A stretch of 64,000 nt of DNA from an uncultured bacterium (GTDB lineage: Bacteria > UBA8481): the NCBI GenBank assembly GCA_964499705.1, contig CAZCME010000002.1, positions 62,001 to 126,000 on the forward strand, in the 5' to 3' direction. Position 1 is the first letter of the stretch. Every line of letters begins with the position of its first letter. A program made the position numbers and the translations under genes. Under the pieces are notes generated by a model. That model was not told the DNA's origin, made no database searches, and saw only the letters and a program-made list of their open reading frames with translations. Below, one piece after another: positions 8,086-16,261 of the stretch.

Positions 8086-11000
8086 TGAAACCTCTTGCCG
8101 ACGCGGTCCATGAATTGATACATCCTCATCCGCTCGATGTGCAGCACGGTCTGGATCTGCAGAAACGCGAAGGGCGATATTTTCTCCATGATCGTGAATT
8201 TCTCCAGCGGCTTGATCGGGCCCTGCACGAGGATGTCGGCGAAGATCTCGTTCCGGCTCGTGAAGTTATGGAACGCGCGCGACGCGGCCGCCGAGTAGAA
8301 GTTCTTCTTGAACTCCAGCTTGATCGTCGCGTCGGTGAAATACCAGATATCGAGGGAGGACAGGGCGGATTTGATGATGTTGCCTTCATCCTGCTTTGCC
8401 CCCTGGAATCCCTGCAGGAGTTCCGAGCCGAGGATACCGTTTTTGATGACGAAGTCCGCATCGAGCGCCGTGAATTCCGTGCCTTCGGTCTGTATCTTCA
8501 GCTGCCCGGCGGCCCGGCCCTCCAGCTGGCCCTTGAACGGCTGCATGGTGCGGTACACGATGCCGACGGAACATCCCTCGATTTTCCCGATGAAGGCCGT
8601 CCTCGGCTTGTCCCACGTCGGAAAGTCGATGACGAAGGCGCCGCGCCCCTGTCCTTCGGCGAAGTTGTAATCCATCTTGTCGAAGTGGAGGGATTTCTCG
8701 TTGAAACGCGCCTGGCAGGCGATTTCCCGGACGATGAAATCGGCCCACGTGAGCCGTTCGATCGTGAGACGCTTTGATTCCAGTTCCCCGAGCGCCAGCA
8801 GTTTCGCCTTCTGCAGCCGGAACGGAACCTCCCCGTTGATTCCGGAGAAGAGAATCTTGCGGGCCGGAAACCGGACGGAGGCATCGTGAAACTGGAGCGT
8901 TCCCTCGATGTTGGCATCCGTCCAGCTTCCGATCACCGTCAGGTTCGCGCCCGCCGATCCCCTCCACTCCATGACCCCGCGTTCCATCGTGGAATCGAGG
9001 TCGGCGAAGGATTGGAGGATCGCTTCCGGGGAGACCCGCGAGACGTTGACGAGGAGCGTCGGCTCCTTGTCCGTGAGGTGGCCGGTCACGCTGAAGTCGA
9101 GCGGCGATCCGCGCAGCATGAGGTTTCCGGCGAGATTCAGTTCGGCGGATATGGCCTCGCCGCGCTTGTCGAGGTCGACGGTGCCCTTCACGACGCCGTC
9201 GACATTGAGCTTCTCCGTGAACCTGTTGGGCGAGAAGATCTTCGCGGCGTTTTTCAGATGGTCGTAGTGGAGCCTGTCGATGGTCAGGCGCGTCGCAACC
9301 TGGTCGGTCTTCAACGGGGTGTTTCCGATGGAGAGTCGCGACTTGCCGTCATCGATCGACAGGGACGCGGAACGGATCATCACGGGCAGCTGCTTGTTGT
9401 CGGGCGCGAGCAGTTCCGTCTGGAGAGAGAGGGCATGCATGTTGTCGGATGTTTCCGCGGCATCGGGAGGCGCGAGCTTGCCGCGGCGGGTGGAAGCTTT
9501 CCCGTTGAACCGGAGCCCTGCGGGATCGCTGCCGGTCGCGTCGGCGAATTCGGCCGTGCCGTCGATATCGATGGTCCGGACATGGCGCGCGAGCTGGTCG
9601 AGATACTCGTGGGATCGGAATCGGCGAACCGCATCGACATCCAGGCCCTTCACGTCGATCTTCGCCTGCCTGATATCGTTGTTGACGAGCCGTGCGTCCA
9701 CATCGCCCCTGGCGCCGAAGGCCTCCAGGTGCCCGTCAAATCGCCCGCTGATTCCCCGCGCTCCTTCTGTCAGGTCGACCTTCGCCTTCTCGATCCGGAA
9801 GCCGTTCCTGTGCCACGCCCCTTCCGCGCGATCGATCGTGCCCGTCACACGGAGGATCCTCCACTTCGCCCCGTCCTTCCTGAGCCCGGCGTTCTGCATG
9901 TCGATATCGAGAGAATCGACGGAGAGATCCGGCGTGTTCGCCCCGATCATGTTCCCGTCCAGTCCCGCGACACGGATGCCGCCGCCGAGCTCCGTCAACT
10001 CCCATCGGGAATCGAAGCCGACCTTGAATTTCCGCAGCTCCACGGCGCGGCCGGGAATCCTCCTGACTTTTCCTCGCAGGGATCTATCCGGGAAATAAGC
10101 GGTCGCGGCGGGCTCGGGCGCCGTCCGCACGATCCGACCCGAAGTTCCGCTTCGCGCCGGAGTGCCGTGCGTTGATGCTCCGTTCGCGGTCTCGAACCGG
10201 CTCGCATGACCCGTCAGCTCGATGGTCCGGCCGGAACCCGTGAAGCGGATGTCTCCGCCGTGGATGACGTTATCGCGGGCGGACGCCTTCGCGAATCGAA
10301 GCGTGCCGGAATACTGAGCCGGGGTCAGGCGGAACGACTCCGACAGGGCGGCCCGCAGATCGATGTTCCCCGTGAGATCCTCGACGGAAGCATCGCCGGA
10401 CATCGAGAGCCCCGCGGCACGCGCCTTCGCCTTGATCTCCCACTCGCCTTTGACCCCACCCGTCACCGACGCTCCATCGACCGCGATCGTGCCCTCGGAG
10501 AACCGGTCGCCCAGGTCCTTCGCCGCGAATTCGATCGTGCCGGTTGTGGCCAGGAGAAAACGCTTGTTGTCGAGATCGTCCACGGCGGCCACGAGGTCGC
10601 CCCGGTGCGGGCCGAATTCCCAGAACGCGGAGTCGGAACGGAGCGAGGACTCGTTGAACGAGAGAGCGCCGGCGATGCGCGCGGGCGTGCCCCTCAGGCC
10701 GGTCGTCAGGTCGAAGCTCACCTGCTTCGAGGCTTCCCGGAAGACTGTCGTCAGCTTCAGCGATTCAGGCCGCGCCATGATCGGAATGGAATCGAGCGCG
10801 ACGGTCAGGGAATAGACAGGATTGTTCTCCTCGCTTCCCGTGAATGTGAACTTCCCCTTCACCATGTGATCGTCGAAGCGGCACGTGTAATCGCCGAACC
10901 TGCCGAGCACGATGCTGACGTTCAACGTCCTCGAGAAGACCTGGCCGTTCGCATCGAAGTTGATCGTGGTCTTGGGCATCAGGAGTTTCCCCAGCTTGGG

Positions 11001-11432
11001 ATCGGCCGCCGGTTCGGATGGAAACAACCCCTTGATGCTCCAGCCCTTGTCTTCCCGATACCGGACATTGAGGATCGCCGAATCCACCGTGACGAATTCG
11101 ATGGTGGGATCGAACCGCAGCAGCGAGAAGAAATTGGGCCAGGCGCGCACGCCGGTCAGGACGAGCACCGGCCCCGTATCGATCACGCCGTCGCCCGGCA
11201 CGATGATGTCGTCGGCCCACAGGGAACGCGTCAGCACGGGATTTTCCACGGTGACGGGCCGGCCGAAGGCGCCGGTCAGGACGGTTTCGAGCTGATGCTT
11301 CAGACCCGCGTTGATGCGCACCACGAGAAACGTGATCGAAATGACGAACGCGATGAGAAAACCGACGACGATATGGCGGATCCGGGGGATTCGCAGCAGC
11401 CGTCGCCATTTACGTCGCGCATGATCTTCCAT
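8082..11432 (-). CDS. Large AsmA/YdbH-like intermembrane (lipid-bridge) protein
   Basis: Single N-terminal TM then about 1100 aa of beta-strand-rich, Gly-patterned sequence; C-terminus resembles the YdbH domain; GGAG SD before ATG 11432. Confidence 0.6.
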   Translation of the reverse strand: MEDHARRKWRRLLRIPRIRHIVVGFLIAFVISITFLVVRINAGLKHQLETVLTGAFGRPVTVENPVLTRSLWADDIIVPGDGVIDTGPVLVLTGVRAWPNFFSLLRFDPTIEFVTVDSAILNVRYREDKGWSIKGLFPSEPAADPKLGKLLMPKTTINFDANGQVFSRTLNVSIVLGRFGDYTCRFDDHMVKGKFTFTGSEENNPVYSLTVALDSIPIMARPESLKLTTVFREASKQVSFDLTTGLRGTPARIAGALSFNESSLRSDSAFWEFGPHRGDLVAAVDDLDNKRFLLATTGTIEFAAKDLGDRFSEGTIAVDGASVTGGVKGEWEIKAKARAAGLSMSGDASVEDLTGNIDLRAALSESFRLTPAQYSGTLRFAKASARDNVIHGGDIRFTGSGRTIELTGHASRFETANGASTHGTPARSGTSGRIVRTAPEPAATAYFPDRSLRGKVRRIPGRAVELRKFKVGFDSRWELTELGGGIRVAGLDGNMIGANTPDLSVDSLDIDMQNAGLRKDGAKWRILRVTGTIDRAEGAWHRNGFRIEKAKVDLTEGARGISGRFDGHLEAFGARGDVDARLVNNDIRQAKIDVKGLDVDAVRRFRSHEYLDQLARHVRTIDIDGTAEFADATGSDPAGLRFNGKASTRRGKLAPPDAAETSDNMHALSLQTELLAPDNKQLPVMIRSASLSIDDGKSRLSIGNTPLKTDQVATRLTIDRLHYDHLKNAAKIFSPNRFTEKLNVDGVVKGTVDLDKRGEAISAELNLAGNLMLRGSPLDFSVTGHLTDKEPTLLVNVSRVSPEAILQSFADLDSTMERGVMEWRGSAGANLTVIGSWTDANIEGTLQFHDASVRFPARKILFSGINGEVPFRLQKAKLLALGELESKRLTIERLTWADFIVREIACQARFNEKSLHFDKMDYNFAEGQGRGAFVIDFPTWDKPRTAFIGKIEGCSVGIVYRTMQPFKGQLEGRAAGQLKIQTEGTEFTALDADFVIKNGILGSELLQGFQGAKQDEGNIIKSALSSLDIWYFTDATIKLEFKKNFYSAAASRAFHNFTSRNEIFADILVQGPIKPLEKFTIMEKISPFAFLQIQTVLHIERMRMYQFMDRVGKRFQ

Positions 11433-11513
11433 ATAATTGCTCCGTGCCACGTTCAATTCGCGCCGTAAGGGGCGTCAATTTCACATCCACTCGCCTGGGA
11501 TGCCTTCACGACC

Positions 11514-12290
11514 ATGCTTGAAATTTCCGGACTCTCCAAGCGCTTCGGATCCCGGGAGATTATACGCAACTTCGATCTGACGGTCGAGGGCGGCTGTATC
11601 TACGGATTCCTGGGCCCGAACGGAGCGGGAAAGACGACGACGATCCGGATGATCACGGGAATTCTGAAGCCCACGACCGGCAGGATCACGATCGACGGCG
11701 TCGATCTCGCCTCCGATCCCGATCGCGCGAAACGCATGACCGGTTACATCCCCGATGCTCCGTATCTCTATCCGAAGCTGACGGGATGGGAATACATCGA
11801 GCTGATCGCCGATCTCTACGGCATGTCCGGTTTCCAAGTGCCGGCCCGCGACCTCCTGGACCGGTTCGACCTCCTTTCGCGCGCGGATGACTTCGTCGAA
11901 TCCTATTCGTACGGCATGCGGCAGAAGCTCTCCATCGTCGCGGCGGTCCTTCCGGACCCGAAGCTCATCGTCGTCGATGAACCCCTGATTGGACTAGATC
12001 CGCCCGCGGCCCGGAGCGTGAAGGATCTCTTCATCGAGCTGGCCGGGAAGGGCAAGGCCGTCTTCATGTCGACGCATCTCCTCGATATTGCGGAGCAACT
12101 CTGCCGCGACGTCGCGATCATTGACCGCGGAGAGATCGTCGCGCAGGGGCTCCTGGAGGATCTCCTGAAGCATCGCACGGGACGGCTGGAGGAAGTCTTC
12201 CTCCGGATGCTCGCGGAGCGTCGCGAGGAGGGTACCGAGGAGCGTCGCCGGTGGGATGCGCTCGCCGACGCCGCGGCGCTGCGGCCCTAG
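11514..12290 (+). CDS. ABC transporter ATP-binding protein
   Basis: Walker A GPNGAGKTT, signature YSYGMRQK, Walker B VVDEP, H-loop MSTH. Confidence 0.95.
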   Translation: MLEISGLSKRFGSREIIRNFDLTVEGGCIYGFLGPNGAGKTTTIRMITGILKPTTGRITIDGVDLASDPDRAKRMTGYIPDAPYLYPKLTGWEYIELIADLYGMSGFQVPARDLLDRFDLLSRADDFVESYSYGMRQKLSIVAAVLPDPKLIVVDEPLIGLDPPAARSVKDLFIELAGKGKAVFMSTHLLDIAEQLCRDVAIIDRGEIVAQGLLEDLLKHRTGRLEEVFLRMLAERREEGTEERRRWDALADAAALRP

Positions 12291-12293
12291 CCC

Positions 12294-14000
12294 ATGAGTC
12301 TGAAGGCGCTCCTGAAGGCCGACTTCCGCAACCGCTGGGCCGGCATCGAGCACGCGACGTTTTCACAGAAGTGCCGGGGCATGGTCTTTCTCTTCCTGCT
12401 GGTCGCGTTCTTCATCGCGGCCGAATATCTTTCCTATCGCGTTTTCAACGCGTTTCTATCCGTCGGCGGCGCGACCTTCGAATTCATCGCGCTCATCCTC
12501 GCGCTGCGCCTCCTCGGACTTCTCTTCCTCATCGTCATGGGACTTCTCTATTTCGGAGGAATGATCGCCGCGATCGAGGCGCTTTACTTCGACGATGACA
12601 TCGATTTTCTCGCCTCCGCGCCGGTGCGCCGCTCCGCGGTTCTCACGAAGAAGATCATCTCGATCTGGCTGACGAGCGCCTGGGTCGTCTTCCTCATCGT
12701 GACGCCGGTGATGACGGCGTACAGCAGGTCCCTGGGGATGGGCTTCGCGCATCTGCCTCTCTCCTGCTTCGCGCTCTTCATCTTCTCCATTCCCTCCGTC
12801 GCTCTCGCCTCCGCGACCGTGATGCTCCTGATGCGCTACATGCCGGTCGACAAGGCGAAGGAAGCCGTGCTCGGTTTCGGAGCGCTCCTCTCGTTCGGTC
12901 TCGTCTATCTCTATCGCCTTCTCTCTCCGAAGACGCTCGCCCGGCCCGATAAGCTCCTCGCGGACGCGAAGGGCTTCATCCAGGAAATGACGATGCCCGT
13001 GTCGTCGGAACTTCCCTCGAGCGTCATGGCGCAGTCGCTCATCGCGGCGGCGCCTCTGAACTACGAGCCGTATTTCATCGAGCTCGGCAAGCTCTCGCTC
13101 TTCGCTCTTGTGTCGCTTGTCATCTACTACGCCATAGGCAACTGGTTTTTCGAAACGGACCGCCCGGTCTCCGGAAACGCGTCCCGGCCGGGATTTCTGG
13201 AACGGAGGCTCGGGATGAAACCGCTCGTGGAATCCCTGGCGCGATTCTTTCCGCCCGGTCTGCGTGGGCTTGTCTTCAAGGAAGTAATGAGCAATCTCCG
13301 CGATCCGATGCAATTGTCGCATTTGGTGCTCATGATGAGCATCACGGCGCTGCACTTCATGAATCTCTCGGAGATTCCCGATATCGCGCTCGTTCCGGCC
13401 GCGCGCGTTCTCATCGCGTTCCTGAACCTCGGCCTCGTCGGCTTCCTGATGGCCGGGGTCGCCGTCCGGTTCGTCTATCCGTCGATCTCCCTTGAGGGAA
13501 AACCGTTCTGGATCATCGAGACCGCGCCCATCTCTCCGCTGCGCTTCGTGCTCCTGAAGTTCTTCGCAAGCTGGATACCGCTGACGGTCACGGCGCTTCT
13601 TGTCGTGACGGTATCGAACATCATGATCGGGATCGACCGGGAACTGATGATCCAGTGGAGCGTGGCGACGATGGCGATCGCGACGGTGACGACGGCCCTG
13701 GGGATCGCGATCGGGATCACGATGCCCGTCTTCGACCGCAAGAATGTCTTCGAGATATCCTCATCGCCCGGCGGCATCATCTTCATGCTTTTCGCCCTGC
13801 TGTACGTCGGCTCCGTCATCGTCCTTCTCGTGCCTTCGACCTACGAGGCCGCTTTTCACGGAGGGGTGTTCTATTCGAAGGAGACCATCACCTCGATCAC
13901 CGTTCTTGTCGTGATCGCGGCATGCCTCACGACCATCGCGCTCCGCGTCGCCGTGAATGCGATGAAGGTTTTCAGCGAGAGCAAGTACGGATTCAGTTGA
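12294..14000 (+). CDS. Putative ABC exporter permease
   Basis: About 12-13 TM segments, SISLEGKPFWII..AP motif; follows the ATPase by 3 nt. Confidence 0.85.
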   Translation: MSLKALLKADFRNRWAGIEHATFSQKCRGMVFLFLLVAFFIAAEYLSYRVFNAFLSVGGATFEFIALILALRLLGLLFLIVMGLLYFGGMIAAIEALYFDDDIDFLASAPVRRSAVLTKKIISIWLTSAWVVFLIVTPVMTAYSRSLGMGFAHLPLSCFALFIFSIPSVALASATVMLLMRYMPVDKAKEAVLGFGALLSFGLVYLYRLLSPKTLARPDKLLADAKGFIQEMTMPVSSELPSSVMAQSLIAAAPLNYEPYFIELGKLSLFALVSLVIYYAIGNWFFETDRPVSGNASRPGFLERRLGMKPLVESLARFFPPGLRGLVFKEVMSNLRDPMQLSHLVLMMSITALHFMNLSEIPDIALVPAARVLIAFLNLGLVGFLMAGVAVRFVYPSISLEGKPFWIIETAPISPLRFVLLKFFASWIPLTVTALLVVTVSNIMIGIDRELMIQWSVATMAIATVTTALGIAIGITMPVFDRKNVFEISSSPGGIIFMLFALLYVGSVIVLLVPSTYEAAFHGGVFYSKETITSITVLVVIAACLTTIALRVAVNAMKVFSESKYGFS

Positions 14001-14457
14001 TGGGGAGGATATCGCCTTCCCGGATTCCGATCCTGTCGGCGAGCCCGCCTTCGATCTCCAGGACATAGCGGCACGGCTTGCCGACGGTCAATTGCTCATC
14101 GCTGTCGGGCCGGGCTCGCCGGACGATCCCGACGATCCGCTTTTCCGAATCCAGGAAGATGATGTCGAGCGGGAAATGCGTGTTATGCATCCAGAAGGGG
14201 CGTTCGGATTCATAGGGGAAGATGAAGAGCATGCCGGCATCAGAGGCGAGCGAGGCGCGATCGGAGAGACCTTTCGCGTGTTCCGTGGATTCGTCGGCAA
14301 TCTCCAGGGTGAGAGTTTTCGTTTGGAAACGGCCCGACAGGGTGATTGTTGGAGAAGGTACAGCGACCGGCGAGAAGCGATCTTCGCAGGCGGAGCAGGC
14401 TGAGGAGACGAGGATGATCGCGGCGAGAAGAAGCGAGGCGGCATGAGGACGGATCAT
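13993..14457 (-). CDS. DUF192-family exported protein
   Basis: EIAD...KGLS.R..L..DAGMLFIF, FWMHNT.FPLDIIF, YVLEI.GG; ATGA overlap with the upstream gene. Confidence 0.88.
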   Translation of the reverse strand: MIRPHAASLLLAAIILVSSACSACEDRFSPVAVPSPTITLSGRFQTKTLTLEIADESTEHAKGLSDRASLASDAGMLFIFPYESERPFWMHNTHFPLDIIFLDSEKRIVGIVRRARPDSDEQLTVGKPCRYVLEIEGGLADRIGIREGDILPIN

Positions 14458-15254
14458 CGGGCCGGGATGTAAGAGCTGTCGGAGATATGGGCCGATTCCT
14501 CCCGCAGGCGGCCGATGAGCCGGGCACCGTTGAGGCTGGTCTTCCGGACGGCGAGCCGAAGAATCCGGCGCGCGGGAAGTTCCACGAGGGTCACGCGGTC
14601 GGCCGTGCGGTACTGGGTCATCGCGAACGAGGCGCGCTCCTCGGCGTTGAGGAGGGCGAATTCCGCGCCTCCCTGGAGGAGCATCTGCAGAGGGGAGGCC
14701 GTTTCCACGGGATCCGTGAGGGCGGAGAGCCGGGCCAGCCACGGCAGGAGAGTATCCGCGGCTGGAGATTCCGCCGAGCCGGCCAGTGTCAGGCCTGATG
14801 CCAGAAGCCTTTTCTCGATATCGGAATTGCTGGCCAGGCGGGGCTTTCCGTCATCGGAGAGCGTCTGTTCGGCGAACGCCAGGACCGTGCTCGGATCGCC
14901 GGATAATCGCGCTGATTCGTCGTCCGGACCGAGATCGTCGCGAACGGCAAGGGTGACGACATCGACGAGCCAGTCGCCGAGCGGGATGTAATCCCGCGGC
15001 GCCTCCGTGTTGAAATGAGCGAGGATATCGATCCCGGTATCCTTGAGAAGTTCGTCCAGCGTCGATTCGTCATATTCCAGGACCCGCACGTTCAGGCTCG
15101 TTCTGAGGACGGCCGCCCTGTACCCTCGCGGAACATGGATCGTGGCTTCCGGCGGCGGGGCGGTTTCCGGAGAAACCGAATGCGGGGAGGGTGTGGCACC
15201 GCAGGCCGCGATCGCGGACGCCAGAATAACGATGAGAGTGACGACGGATTTCAT
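14454..15254 (-). CDS. Hypothetical lipoprotein
   Basis: MKSVVTLIVILASAIAAC lipobox; Pro-rich tether. Confidence 0.65.
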   Translation of the reverse strand: MKSVVTLIVILASAIAACGATPSPHSVSPETAPPPEATIHVPRGYRAAVLRTSLNVRVLEYDESTLDELLKDTGIDILAHFNTEAPRDYIPLGDWLVDVVTLAVRDDLGPDDESARLSGDPSTVLAFAEQTLSDDGKPRLASNSDIEKRLLASGLTLAGSAESPAADTLLPWLARLSALTDPVETASPLQMLLQGGAEFALLNAEERASFAMTQYRTADRVTLVELPARRILRLAVRKTSLNGARLIGRLREESAHISDSSYIPAR

Positions 15255-15304
15255 GGTCGGCAGTCTAACCGCTGTCATTTGCGGCGAACAACGCAAATAT
15301 CGCT

Positions 15305-15332
15305 TTGCACCCTTCCGCCGATCCCCTATACT
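15305..15332 (+). promoter_or_regulatory. Sigma70-type promoter, probably leaderless transcript
   Basis: TTGCAC-16nt-TATACT-7nt-ATG, no SD. Confidence 0.6.
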
Positions 15333-15339
15333 TTTCGCC

Positions 15340-16020
15340 ATGGCTGCTTCTCCGACCAATCCAGGCATTTTCGCGGACCTGTCCGAAGAAATTCGGAAGC
15401 GTTTCGAAACGCTGATGGTGAAGAAGAACTTCGAACCCGGCGATGTTATTTTTCGCGAGGGAACGATCGGCGACGGGTTCTACCTGATTCGCGCCGGACG
15501 AGTCATGCTCTATTCCTTCTCCGCGCTCGGCGAGCGCAAGATATTCGACATCATATCCTCGGGCGACGTAATCGGCGAGATGGCTGTCATCGACGGCGAG
15601 CCTCGCTCCATGACGGCCGAGGCGCTGACAGAAGTGGAAGCGGACTTCCTGTCCAGGACCAACTTCGAGCGGGAGATCCTGTCGCACCGTGACGCGATCC
15701 TTCCGTTTCTGAAGCTGGTGGTCCGCCGGCTGCGGCGTCTCGACCAGCATGTGGAGGAAATTATTTTCCAGGGCGTTCCCGCCCGCGTCGCCACAGCCAT
15801 CGCCTATCTCGCCGACCGGTTCGGCCAGAAGGTCATCGAAGACGGGAAGGAAGCGATCCGCCTCGAAATCACCCACGCCGAAATCGCCGACCTCGTCGGC
15901 ACCTCCCGTGAATACACTTCCAAGTTCATCTCCCAGTTCCAGAAGGATAACCTCCTGAAGTGCGGCAGAGGCACAATCGATATCTACGACCTGAACGCCG
16001 TGAGGTCCTGGGCCCGCTAG
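15340..16020 (+). CDS. Crp/Fnr-family transcriptional regulator
   Basis: cNMP domain (IFREG..GDGFYLI, GEMAVIDGEPRSMTA) + HTH ITHAEIADLVGTSREYTSK. Confidence 0.93.
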   Translation: MAASPTNPGIFADLSEEIRKRFETLMVKKNFEPGDVIFREGTIGDGFYLIRAGRVMLYSFSALGERKIFDIISSGDVIGEMAVIDGEPRSMTAEALTEVEADFLSRTNFEREILSHRDAILPFLKLVVRRLRRLDQHVEEIIFQGVPARVATAIAYLADRFGQKVIEDGKEAIRLEITHAEIADLVGTSREYTSKFISQFQKDNLLKCGRGTIDIYDLNAVRSWAR

Positions 16021-16028
16021 GGCCGATA

Positions 16029-16151
16029 GGGGACATTCTCCAACATTCCAACATTCAGTTTACTCGACTTCAAGTGCACGATGGCGCGCTCCGCCCGCCT
16101 GGAAACCATAACTCCTTTATTCTGAATGTTGGAATGTTGGAGAATGTCCCC
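16029..16151. mobile_element. 123-bp MITE/REP-like element with perfect 30-bp terminal inverted repeats
   Basis: GGGGACATTCTCCAACATTCCAACATTCAG (16029-16058), 63-nt spacer, exact reverse complement (16122-16151). Confidence 0.75.
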
Positions 16152-16179
16152 GTTTATTTTGCCGACCCGTTTATTTTGC

Positions 16180-16207
16180 TCAAGTTTCTTCAGGCTTTTG
16201 CCGATAA
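16180..16207 (+). promoter_or_regulatory. Sigma28 (FliA/SigD) promoter of fliD
   Basis: TCAAGTTT-12nt-GCCGATAA; AAGGAGG SD downstream. Confidence 0.8.
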
Positions 16208-16261
16208 GTCATTCAACGGCCTATCCGTTTGGAGGTCGTACCCAAGGAGGGGTAAAGAAGA

